DNA from: Candidatus Saccharimonadota bacterium
Lineage (GTDB): Bacteria; Patescibacteriota; Saccharimonadia; Saccharimonadales; Saccharimonadaceae
DNA: 32,000 nt
NCBI GenBank assembly: GCA_001897305.1
Contig: MKSO01000001.1
Span: 480,001 to 512,000 of the forward strand
Reading direction: 5' to 3'
A model generated the notes under the pieces. It was not told where the DNA came from and did not search any database. It saw nothing but the letters and a program-made list of their open reading frames with translations. This document shows positions 1 through 7,924 of the stretch, one piece after another; the stretch's first letter is position 1; each line of letters starts with the position of its first letter. The translations under genes were made by a program, and so were the position numbers.

Positions 1-2
1 GT

Positions 3-431
3 ATAAGTAAGCTCGAAAACGGAACCATCACAACTATAAAAACGGTCGACAATACTTCTATCTACACAAAGCCAGGGTTAGAAGATGCCCTCGTCACTAT
101 CCTGGACCATTACCATCCTTCTCTCGTTCGCACTCAAGCGCTCAATAACCATAGCGAAAAGTTCTCAGACCACAACGATCATATAGTCGTCGGTCGAGTA
201 ACTGAACAAGCCTTCCAGCGCTACAAACAACAGCACGAAGAGAGCACCATTATTCATTACATTGGCTACCCCGTTAGAGAACAGCCGCAAAATGTCTCGG
301 GTGAGGACCTGCGCATAAAAAGAAGTATGTTTTACGCCTTTGCCCTCCATGATGGCGCCACCTGTATCAGCGATGAGGCCTGTTTGCACACTGCCTATAC
401 CTACTACCTGGACCGACAATACACCGAATAA
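3..431 (+). CDS. hypothetical protein, 5'-truncated by window edge (C-terminal 142 aa)
   Basis: Frame 3 is open from the window edge to TAA at 429-431 (...GRVTEQAFQRYKQQHEESTIIHYIGYPV...AYTYYLDRQYTE*). It is absent from the ORF track because it has no start codon inside the window. Composition is protein-like and it ends directly against the stop of convergent pyrD. Preferred over antisense ORF 165..419. Confidence 0.5.
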   Translation: MSKLENGTITTIKTVDNTSIYTKPGLEDALVTILDHYHPSLVRTQALNNHSEKFSDHNDHIVVGRVTEQAFQRYKQQHEESTIIHYIGYPVREQPQNVSGEDLRIKRSMFYAFALHDGATCISDEACLHTAYTYYLDRQYTE

Positions 432-1553
432 CTACACTTTATGAGCGTCGATGCCTATAGCATCCTCGATACTATCAAACCCGTCTCGGTCTAAAAGTTT
501 TACTAAGCCTCTGTTAATACTTCCTACTAAACTAGGGCCCTCATAAATAAGTCCTGTCAAAAGGTCGACAAGGCTAGCGCCTAGCCGTATTTTCCGGTAA
601 GCATCCTCGGCGGTAAATATTCCCCCGACACCTATAATAGTAAGCTTATCGCCATATTTTTGATACGTTTTAGCAATAAAGAGATCACTCGCCGCTTGTG
701 TCGGTAGGCCACTAATACCCCCTTTTACGGATGATGAAACGGCAATGCCTTGACGGTTCTTGCGTAGATTAGATACGGTAACGCCTTGTACCGAATGACG
801 AATAATGACATCAAGTAGGGAACAATACTTGCGCCACGGTACGTCACTCGGCATCTTTATATAAACTGGTTGCATAAGATTAAGTGCATCAATGGCACCT
901 AGAAGAGCGTCGAGCCTTGCGGGCGTTGTGAATGGTTCGCCGCCATACGTATTAGGGCATGAAATATTAATTTCGAAGTTATCAGCATACAAACGAAGTG
1001 TTTTTAGGGTTTGAACGTAGTCGTCAATACCTTCCTTATCCGTACTTGTCTCTTGGCTGTTTGTCCGAGCAACGGAGATCGTAACAGGTACTCTTGCCTT
1101 GCTCTGACTACCCTTGGCGTCTCGCAATGACGCGGCGATTGCTTCACGTCCAGTATTTGCCAGCCCTACATGCACAACGATAGCTTTTTGTTCGGGGATT
1201 CGATGAAACCAAGGCTTCGGGTTGCCTTCACAAACTTTACTCGTAATTGACCCGACCGTAATATGTCCAAATCCAATCGCTTGCATAATAGGAATAAGTC
1301 GAGCATTCTTGTCAAAGCCAGCCGACAGACCAACTGGATTGTCATACTCTAAACCATGGATTGTTTGTGAAAGACGTGGGTTTTTATATGCCCATGAAAG
1401 TGAAGCAAGTTGCCGTAGCGGACGATGCTTGCCCACTTTAGATCCAAGCTCAACTGCTTTAGAGTGCACCACATCAGGCGACTGCGTAAACAGTAACGGT
1501 TTAATGACTCCGACATAGGTTTGGTGTGTAAATACTCTTACAATGTTTCCCAT
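432..1553 (-). CDS. pyrD: dihydroorotate dehydrogenase, class-2-like scaffold
   Basis: 373 aa. GLSAGFDKNA, ITVGSIT...GNPKPWFHR, INISCPNT, GGISG and IGVGGI motifs align with PyrD. An N-terminal extension is present as in quinone-dependent class 2 enzymes. Confidence 0.85.
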   Translation of the reverse strand: MGNIVRVFTHQTYVGVIKPLLFTQSPDVVHSKAVELGSKVGKHRPLRQLASLSWAYKNPRLSQTIHGLEYDNPVGLSAGFDKNARLIPIMQAIGFGHITVGSITSKVCEGNPKPWFHRIPEQKAIVVHVGLANTGREAIAASLRDAKGSQSKARVPVTISVARTNSQETSTDKEGIDDYVQTLKTLRLYADNFEINISCPNTYGGEPFTTPARLDALLGAIDALNLMQPVYIKMPSDVPWRKYCSLLDVIIRHSVQGVTVSNLRKNRQGIAVSSSVKGGISGLPTQAASDLFIAKTYQKYGDKLTIIGVGGIFTAEDAYRKIRLGASLVDLLTGLIYEGPSLVGSINRGLVKLLDRDGFDSIEDAIGIDAHKV

Positions 1554-1589
1554 ACTCAGCTCAGTGTATCCTCAAAATGACAATAAATA

Positions 1590-1605
1590 TGTGATCTATA
1601 TCACA
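1590..1605. promoter_or_regulatory. CRP/FNR-type palindrome TGTGAtctataTCACA in the pyrD/ackA divergent region
   Basis: Perfect TGTGA-N6-TCACA. Its centre lies about 40.5 nt upstream of the ackA GTG, which is the predicted transcription start, so this is class-II geometry. Confidence 0.4.
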
Positions 1606-1622
1606 GAACACCAAACCGCTTC

Positions 1623-1637
1623 TGCTATAATAACGGG
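1623..1637 (+). promoter_or_regulatory. extended -10 promoter abutting the ackA start (predicted leaderless)
   Basis: TGcTATAAT (1623-1631), then 6 nt (aacggg), then GTG at 1638. No SD. Confidence 0.5.
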
Positions 1638-2825
1638 GTGATTGAGACGGACTATATACTGAGTATTAATGCTGGATCATCGAGCCTAAAAGTCTCGGTC
1701 GCTCCTTTTATTACGGACACAGACAACAGTGATACAGAGTTGCATTCAGTGACAGTTCCTACGTCAGGTAATTATACCGAGGCACTCGCCCAAGCCGTTT
1801 CTCAATTATCCTTACAAATACCAACCTTCTCCTTGCACAAAGTAAAAGGTATCGGACACCGCATCGTTCATGGCGGCACACAGCAACAGACTGCTCATAT
1901 TATTGATGAAGAGATTATGGCCGATATGCAGCGTTTCGCTCGATTCGACCCAGAACATGCACCCGCAGCTCTAAGTATCATAGCGGTTCTTAAAGAGCGC
2001 CTTCCTGATACGCCACAATTTGCTTGCTTCGATACGGCATTCTTTCACGATATCCCACGCGTAGCTCAACTCACTACCCTGCCTCGACGCTACGAAGCAA
2101 AAGGGCTGCGACGCTACGGCTTCCATGGTATATCGTACGATTATTTGCTAAAAGATATTATTCGCCGCTACCCCGAAGCGTCGCAAGAGAAAATCATCTT
2201 CGCGCACCTTGGCGGCGGCGCTAGTTTGGCGGCTGTCGAGAACGGAAAGCCGGTTGACATGACCATGGGCTTCTCACCAACTTCGGGTATTGTTATGAGT
2301 TCACGAACCGGTAACGTCGATCCTTCTATATTTGGATTCTTGTCTGAACTAGAGGGCATCAGCAGTGATGATTGGACGCGTATTACCAACCACGAATCCG
2401 GCCTATTAGGCATCTCTGAATTATCAAGTGATATGTACACACTTGTTGTCAACGAAGATTCCAACCCACTCGCTAAGGAAGCTATCGACCTCTTCGTCTA
2501 CCAAGTGCAAAAAGCCATTGGTGAATTAAGCGCAGCAATGGGTGGGGTTGATCGCTTGGTATTGTCGGGCGGCATTGGTGAAAAGTCGGCTATTCTTCGC
2601 AGCCGTATCGTTACAAAACTAGGCTATCTTGGTTTTTATATAGACGAAGCGGTCAATCAATCGTTTAATGCCGAGCACTACCCAGAGTCTCGTATTTCTG
2701 ACTGGTCCAATAAACCGATTAACGTCGTAGCGACCGACGAAAACGCCATCATTATTACACACGTTCAGACATTACTAAATCAGTCCGAAGGGCAAACTGG
2801 TTCCGAAGAACATAGGGAGGGATAA
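1638..2825 (+). CDS. ackA: acetate kinase
   Basis: 395 aa. [23 protein letters not shown] and SGGIGE motifs. GTG start. The stop overlaps the xfp ATG (TAATG). Confidence 0.9.
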   Translation: MIETDYILSINAGSSSLKVSVAPFITDTDNSDTELHSVTVPTSGNYTEALAQAVSQLSLQIPTFSLHKVKGIGHRIVHGGTQQQTAHIIDEEIMADMQRFARFDPEHAPAALSIIAVLKERLPDTPQFACFDTAFFHDIPRVAQLTTLPRRYEAKGLRRYGFHGISYDYLLKDIIRRYPEASQEKIIFAHLGGGASLAAVENGKPVDMTMGFSPTSGIVMSSRTGNVDPSIFGFLSELEGISSDDWTRITNHESGLLGISELSSDMYTLVVNEDSNPLAKEAIDLFVYQVQKAIGELSAAMGGVDRLVLSGGIGEKSAILRSRIVTKLGYLGFYIDEAVNQSFNAEHYPESRISDWSNKPINVVATDENAIIITHVQTLLNQSEGQTGSEEHREG

Positions 2826-5182
2826 TGGAAACACCACTAACACAAGATGAACTATATCGCATCAACGGCTATTGGAGAGCAGCTAATTACTTAGCCGTTG
2901 GACAAATGTACCTACGGGATAACCCCCTGCTGCGTCGACCGCTTGAATCAGGTGACATTAAAAACATGATCCTTGGGCACTGGGGAACAACACCTGGGCA
3001 AAACTTTATATATGCCCACCTCAACCGCGTTATTAAAAATAACGACCTGAATATGCTCTACATTTCCGGGCCTGGTCATGGTGGCCCAGCTTTGGTTGCC
3101 AATGTATACCTAGAAGGTGTTTTTAGTGAGTACTATCCAGAGATTCCACAAAATGAAGAAGGGATGCGAAAGCTGTTTCAAAGCTTTTCATGGCCGGGCG
3201 GACTCGCAAGCCACGTGTCGCCACAGATCCCAGGTTCTATGCACGAAGGCGGCGAGCTTGGATATTCACTAAGCCACGCATTTGGTGCTGTATTCGACAA
3301 CCCCAGTCTTATTGCAGCTTGTATTGTAGGTGATGGTGAAGCAGAGACGGGTCCACTTGCAACAGCGTGGCATTCTAATAAGTTCCTTGACCCCCAGACA
3401 GATGGCGCCGTCTTGCCTATTCTGCATTTAAATGGCTACAAAATTAGTAACCCTACCCTTTTAGCTCGCATCGAACACGAAGAACTTGAACAGCTACTTC
3501 GAGGCTACGGCTGGAACCCATTCTTTGTAGAAGGCGACGAACCCGAGCGTATGCACCAACTAATGGCTAGTAAAATGGATGAAGCTATTGCCGAAATTAA
3601 ACGCATACAATCGAATGCTCGCAACAATGGCGATACCACACGACCTCGTTGGCCTATGATAGTCCTTCGTTCACCAAAAGGCTGGACGGGGCCTAAAGTA
3701 GTCAACGGCAAGCAAATTGAAGATAATTTCCTTTCACATCAGGTACCTATCCTAGTTGATTCCGCTCACCAAGAAAATATCCCATTACTCGAAGCCTGGA
3801 TGCGTAGCTATAACCATGAAGAACTTTTTGAAGACGACGGGCGACTTAGGGCCGAATTTGCCGAACTAGCGCCAAAAGGCAACCGACGCATGGGAGCAAA
3901 CACCAACGCCAACGGCGGCGAAGCACTTCATGAACTTCACCTACCCGACTTCCGAGACTATGGTATTGAACCACACCGCGGTGCAAGTTCCAGCGAGGGT
4001 AACGTTCATGCCCTTGGCCCTTACTTACGGGACGTTTTGAAGCTAAACCAAGCGAGCAGTAACTTCCGTATTTTCGGCCCGGATGAGCTAGTGTCCAACC
4101 GGCTAGAGGCGGTCTTTGAAGTCGCCAGCAGGCAGTGGAACGCCCGCGTCCGCGAGCATGATGAATTCCTAGCTACAAGCGGCCCTATTCTCGACTCAAT
4201 GCTCAGCGAACACCAGGCACAAGGCTGGCTAGAAGGCTATCTTCTAACGGGTCGACATGGTATTTTACACAGCTACGAGGCGTTCATTCGTATCGTTGAC
4301 TCGATGGTAAATCAGCATGCCAAGTGGATCAAGATGTCCAAAGAGTTATCATGGCGCAAAGACATTCCGTCGCTTAACTACCTGCTCACCTCTCATGTTT
4401 GGCGTCAAGACCACAACGGCTTCACCCACCAAGATCCAGGTTTTATTGACCACCTCATCAACCACAAAGCCGATACGGTACGCGTCTACCTGCCGCCAGA
4501 TGCTAACACGTTACTTTCCGTTATGGACCACTGTTTGCGCAGCCGTAACTATATTAACCTTACCATTACCGGCAAACACGCCGCACCGCAATGGCTCACC
4601 ATGGATCAAGCCATCGAACATTGTACGCGTGGTATTAGTATTTGGGACTGGGCGTCAAACGATAACGGAGAGCCTGACGTCGTCTTGGCTGCAGCCGGTG
4701 ATATACCGACACTAGAGATAATGGCAGCTCGCTCAATTTTGGCTGAACATTTACCCGAGCTAAAAGTACGCGTTATAAACGTTGTCGATCTCATGCGTCT
4801 TCAAGATAAAACCGAACACCCTCACGGTATGAGCTCTCCTGAATACGACGAACTATTCACAAGAGACAAGCCGATCATCTTTGCCTATCACGGCTACCCA
4901 TGGCTGATTCACCGCCTTACCTACCGCCGCAACAACCAACGACTCCACGTTCGCGGCTACAAAGAAGAAGGCACTATTACTACCGCTTTCGATATGACTG
5001 TTCGTAACGATATGGATCGCTTTCATTTGGTGCTCGATGTTATCGAACGCGCCGAGCTTGCTAGTCCAGCCGCACTGAGCCTGAAAACACTCATGCAACA
5101 AAAGTTAGTTGAGCACAGCAATTACATTGTCGAAAATGGCATCGATATGCCCGAGATTGTTAACTGGGAGTGGAAAAGCTAA
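2825..5182 (+). CDS. xfp: xylulose-5-P/fructose-6-P phosphoketolase
   Basis: 785 aa. [31 protein letters not shown] and GDGEAETGP signatures. GGGAGGG SD upstream. Translationally coupled to ackA. Confidence 0.95.
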   Translation: METPLTQDELYRINGYWRAANYLAVGQMYLRDNPLLRRPLESGDIKNMILGHWGTTPGQNFIYAHLNRVIKNNDLNMLYISGPGHGGPALVANVYLEGVFSEYYPEIPQNEEGMRKLFQSFSWPGGLASHVSPQIPGSMHEGGELGYSLSHAFGAVFDNPSLIAACIVGDGEAETGPLATAWHSNKFLDPQTDGAVLPILHLNGYKISNPTLLARIEHEELEQLLRGYGWNPFFVEGDEPERMHQLMASKMDEAIAEIKRIQSNARNNGDTTRPRWPMIVLRSPKGWTGPKVVNGKQIEDNFLSHQVPILVDSAHQENIPLLEAWMRSYNHEELFEDDGRLRAEFAELAPKGNRRMGANTNANGGEALHELHLPDFRDYGIEPHRGASSSEGNVHALGPYLRDVLKLNQASSNFRIFGPDELVSNRLEAVFEVASRQWNARVREHDEFLATSGPILDSMLSEHQAQGWLEGYLLTGRHGILHSYEAFIRIVDSMVNQHAKWIKMSKELSWRKDIPSLNYLLTSHVWRQDHNGFTHQDPGFIDHLINHKADTVRVYLPPDANTLLSVMDHCLRSRNYINLTITGKHAAPQWLTMDQAIEHCTRGISIWDWASNDNGEPDVVLAAAGDIPTLEIMAARSILAEHLPELKVRVINVVDLMRLQDKTEHPHGMSSPEYDELFTRDKPIIFAYHGYPWLIHRLTYRRNNQRLHVRGYKEEGTITTAFDMTVRNDMDRFHLVLDVIERAELASPAALSLKTLMQQKLVEHSNYIVENGIDMPEIVNWEWKS

Positions 5183-5207
5183 GAATAATTCAACCACGAA
5201 AGTAATT

Positions 5208-5236
5208 AAAATAGCCTCCATCTCGGAGGCTATTTA
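5208..5236. terminator. bidirectional intrinsic terminator between xfp and the small minus-strand ORF
   Basis: 9-bp stem ATAGCCTCC/GGAGGCTAT (5211-5219/5225-5233), 5-nt loop, A-run on one side and T-run on the other. Confidence 0.6.
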
Positions 5237-5329
5237 CTAGAAACGTTGCATCTTCTTTTTGAGTGCTTTGAGTTTCTTCTTACGTGCGCGCTTGATATCA
5301 GCGCCGTGCCAGTTGCGGTGTTTCGCCAT
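5237..5329 (-). CDS. small basic protein, 30 aa (MAKHRNWHGADIKRARKKKLKALKKKMQRF)
   Basis: ATG at 5329-5327, TAG at 5239-5237. An extended -10 lies about 58 nt upstream and the hairpin terminator immediately downstream. Below the ORF-track length cut-off. No family recognised. Confidence 0.4.
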   Translation of the reverse strand: MAKHRNWHGADIKRARKKKLKALKKKMQRF

Positions 5330-5386
5330 GTTCTATTCCAATCTTTTTTAATTCGTAGAAGTAACTTTCGAATAAGTATAGGGTTT

Positions 5387-5395
5387 ATTGTACCA
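5387..5395 (-). promoter_or_regulatory. extended -10 (TGgTACAAT) upstream of the 30-aa ORF
   Basis: The reverse complement of 5387-5395 reads TGGTACAAT. Confidence 0.35.
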
Positions 5396-5429
5396 TAAAA
5401 TATCTAATTTACCCTAGTTTATGTGCAAG

Positions 5430-6065
5430 CTAACTGTAGGCCTTAAATACTGCCTCTTCAGAACTTGCATCGAGCATTTCTAGCAATTCATGCAAAAAAG
5501 GGTATTCAGGGAAACGCTGTTTCAGCTCAGCTATCCATAACGAAGTTCGTTCGTGCAATTTTTCACGATCGTGCGCATTATAGTCATCAAGAAACGTTCC
5601 AGCTGCTCCACTCCAATAATTAATGATTGCCGGAAGTAATTTATCTACAAATCGTACAAAAACAGCCTCTATTTCAGTTTGATTCTCATATCTCTCAAGT
5701 AATTGTGCGGTATACGGTGGTAGTTCATGCACAAGGCGTTGGGTCGCTATTCTTTCGTTTTCTTCTTTCTTCGTGCGGTCTTCTTGGCTAATACCAAACG
5801 TCCATACATCGCCCACATACACCTCAGGGAGATCATGAACAACACTAAACTGCGCCACAAGACCAGCGTCAAGTTCAGGGAAGTAGGTAGCCGCAAGCTC
5901 CGTAGCTGACAAAGCTAGATGAAAGCTGTGCTCTACGTCACTCTCTCGAGTCCCATCAGGCATTCTTGGCGCCCTCGATATACGAGAAAACTTCGTTACA
6001 AGCTCACCGATAAAAAGCATGTAATCATGTGCTTCTTTAACGTCTGAATGAGATGCTCTCGACAT
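5430..6065 (-). CDS. HD-domain phosphohydrolase (YfbR-like 5'-deoxynucleotidase family)
   Basis: 211 aa. H...HD...D metal motif (VEHSFHLA, VVHDLPEVYVGD, FVDKL). Confidence 0.8.
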   Translation of the reverse strand: MSRASHSDVKEAHDYMLFIGELVTKFSRISRAPRMPDGTRESDVEHSFHLALSATELAATYFPELDAGLVAQFSVVHDLPEVYVGDVWTFGISQEDRTKKEENERIATQRLVHELPPYTAQLLERYENQTEIEAVFVRFVDKLLPAIINYWSGAAGTFLDDYNAHDREKLHERTSLWIAELKQRFPEYPFLHELLEMLDASSEEAVFKAYS

Positions 6066-6077
6066 ACATCAATAATA
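6066..6077 (-). promoter_or_regulatory. -10 box abutting the HD-gene start (predicted leaderless)
   Basis: Minus strand reads TATTAT, then tgatgt (6 nt), then ATG. Confidence 0.4.
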
Positions 6078-6117
6078 CACACTATCTTCTTAAGAAAAAA
6101 GTGCTGCTAAAAGTAAG

Positions 6118-6285
6118 TTACGTAGTCTGTATAAAGCTCGGCTCTTCAAAAGAATACAAGACCTGGAATCGAGGGCCATCATAAACATCAAGGTAGTCCT
6201 GGATCTTAAAACCTGCTTTTTCAAGCATACGATCCTTAGCGCTCTCAAACACACAAGCTGTCTCTATTCTCTCTTTGCTTTCGGT
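6118..6285 (-). pseudogene. GNAT acetyltransferase C-terminal remnant
   Basis: A 55-codon open frame bounded upstream by TGA: TESKERIETACVFESAKDRMLEKAGFKIQDYLDVYDGPRFQVLYSFEEPSFIQTT*. The ...RMLEKAGFK... segment is the typical GNAT C-terminal region. There is no N-terminal part and no usable start. Confidence 0.4.
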
Positions 6286-6322
6286 TCAAAGAGCTAAAAC
6301 TTGTGTCTGAAGAACTTAAAAA

Positions 6323-6625
6323 TTACCTGAATATTAAAATAGAAATCGCAATAGAAAACTCGACTATTACATAAAGAATATAGGAGACGATTAGAGGCCT
6401 CATTTTCTTCTTTATTCCATATATCAGCCAAGCTAATGACGAAATAGCTAAGTATCCCCAGGTAATTAAAGAGACGTTCTCCGCACTCCTCGCTGAAATA
6501 ATGCTAATGAGCTAGGGTAATTCAAACAAAGGCGTCGTGAATGCAAAAACATATATAAAATTATCGAATGCCGAGCGTTTTTGCTTTTTGGTAATGTGTT
6601 TGTGTGCTTGAGCGTGTCTAACCAT
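6323..6625 (-). pseudogene. SemiSWEET/PQ-loop sugar transporter with an in-frame TAG
   Basis: MVRHAQAHKHITKKQKRSAFDNFIYVFAFTTPLFELP*LISIISARSAENVSLITWGYLAISSLAWLIYGIKKKMRPLIVSYILYVIVEFSIAISILIFR*. This is a ~100-codon 3-TM layout with W..YG. The TAG at 6512-6514 sits where the Q of the PQ motif belongs. The ORF track shows only the upstream piece (6512..6715). Confidence 0.6.
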
Positions 6626-6668
6626 TAGCATAGTATAGCAAAAAGCCTCTAATGCAGGGACTTTTTTA
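6626..6668 (-). promoter_or_regulatory. terminator-promoter cassette (hairpin, then TTTTTGcTATACT, 6 nt, ATG)
   Basis: Minus strand: AAAAAGTCCCTgcattAGAGGCTTTTTGCTATACTatgctaATG. The hairpin follows the SGNH gene, and its U-tract runs into the extended -10 of the SemiSWEET gene. Confidence 0.45.
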
Positions 6669-6698
6669 TAATAACCATATTGAATAGGGTTAGAACTT

Positions 6699-7226
6699 TT
6701 AATATACAAGTTCACTCATTTTTTGAATAATCTTGTCGTATCCGAGCTTGTTCACATGAAGTCCATCGTCTTCGTGATATTCATCGAGACCCTCAAATAA
6801 TATGTTTGTCTCGATAACCCTGACACCGACTGATTCAAACATATTCTCAACACTGTGATAATAAGTTTTTAAAGAGCTGTTAAATTCATTCATTTGCTCT
6901 TTGTCATGAAGATCAACATCTGGGCATTTAAGCATTATTATTTTAGTTCCACTAAAAGAACTCAGTATCTTCTCTACGTTATCTGCGAATGCATCTATGG
7001 TAATGACATTCTTCCAGGGAGCTACGTCGTTGGCACCAAAAGATAACACTACATATTCTGGATGTAACCTCGATATATATTGAGCACGACTAACAAGATC
7101 TGAAGTATTCCAGCCTCCGGCTGCGCAATTATACACGGTAAAGTTATCTAGTTCATGCTCTAGCTGATCAATTAGATCCTTTCCGAATCTTCCGAGAAAA
7201 CTATCGCCATATAACACCATGTTCAT
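6699..7226 (-). CDS. SGNH/GDSL hydrolase
   Basis: GDS (MNMVLYGDSFLG), GG, GANDV and DGLH blocks. ATG at 7226 is preferred over the track's GTG at 7253 because the -10 box sits 6 nt upstream and the N-terminus is typical. Confidence 0.8.
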   Translation of the reverse strand: MNMVLYGDSFLGRFGKDLIDQLEHELDNFTVYNCAAGGWNTSDLVSRAQYISRLHPEYVVLSFGANDVAPWKNVITIDAFADNVEKILSSFSGTKIIMLKCPDVDLHDKEQMNEFNSSLKTYYHSVENMFESVGVRVIETNILFEGLDEYHEDDGLHVNKLGYDKIIQKMSELVY

Positions 7227-7241
7227 AGGTTTAGTATAACA
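7227..7241 (-). promoter_or_regulatory. extended -10 abutting the SGNH start (predicted leaderless)
   Basis: Minus strand: TGtTATACT, then aaacct (6 nt), then ATG. Confidence 0.5.
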
Positions 7242-7315
7242 AAAACAGACCACAATCTCGTAGTCTACTAAAGCATGTGCTTGATAGCATTCTCTACTGG
7301 ACGAACATAGAACTT

Positions 7316-7783
7316 TTAATCTTTTGCTATATAGCCTAAAACATCAAAATCAGGATGAAAAACTTCTAGCATCTCAAACTTCGGATGAGCTATCTCACGA
7401 ATAAATGGTGACTTACCCAAGTAAGTACTTTTAAATGCATTATAGTCTTCAACCACATAGTCACCACAACCAACCTGTGAGCGATATGGATCTGGCCTCC
7501 TAATACCTATAAGACTTATTCGACTATCATTGATTTCTATTGGCTTTGTTGGCTTAACATAATAGCTTGGTTCAGAAGTGCCGTCATTTTCTCCAATTGT
7601 ATCAATCCACTTTCTAAGGAAAGTATACTCTGCATCATAATGTGCAAATATCTTTAAGGTATCGATGGGTAAGTCGGTTTGAATCGCTACTTTAATAAGC
7701 ATCCCAAGCTGCGCGTTTATATAAAGTAACGCCTCTGAACATTGCTCGTCATTTGTAATAGGACTGAATCGGTACAACTGCAT
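7316..7783 (-). CDS. hypothetical protein (155 aa)
   Basis: Intact ORF with a promoter at its start. There are faint VOC/glyoxalase-like strings (CGDYVVEDYNAF, VFHPDFDVLGYI) but no confident family. Confidence 0.6.
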   Translation of the reverse strand: MQLYRFSPITNDEQCSEALLYINAQLGMLIKVAIQTDLPIDTLKIFAHYDAEYTFLRKWIDTIGENDGTSEPSYYVKPTKPIEINDSRISLIGIRRPDPYRSQVGCGDYVVEDYNAFKSTYLGKSPFIREIAHPKFEMLEVFHPDFDVLGYIAKD

Positions 7784-7829
7784 AGTTATATCATAACAAA
7801 AAGCCTCTAAATTAGAGCTTTTTGTTATG
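7784..7829 (-). promoter_or_regulatory. terminator-promoter cassette: ~18-bp palindrome plus extended -10 abutting the start
   Basis: 7792-7829 reads CATAACAAAAAGCcTCTAaatTAGAGCTTTTTGTTATG, a near-perfect palindrome with one bulge. On the minus strand its 3' arm reads TTTTTGtTATGAT, then ataact (6 nt), then ATG (7783). Confidence 0.5.
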
Positions 7830-7924
7830 CTTAAGTTTGGCTAAAGCAATTGTATAAACTTAGAACTTTATATGATTTCTATGGTTACGCCAAGACCCGA
7901 TGGATCAGAGACAATGCACTAAGA

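Noticed and set aside
165-419. Track ORF (84 aa, minus strand) at the left edge
   Set aside because: It is antisense to a longer frame that is open from the window edge to 431 and reads as a more natural protein. The minus-strand product is Gly/Val/Ile-rich, as expected for a shadow ORF.
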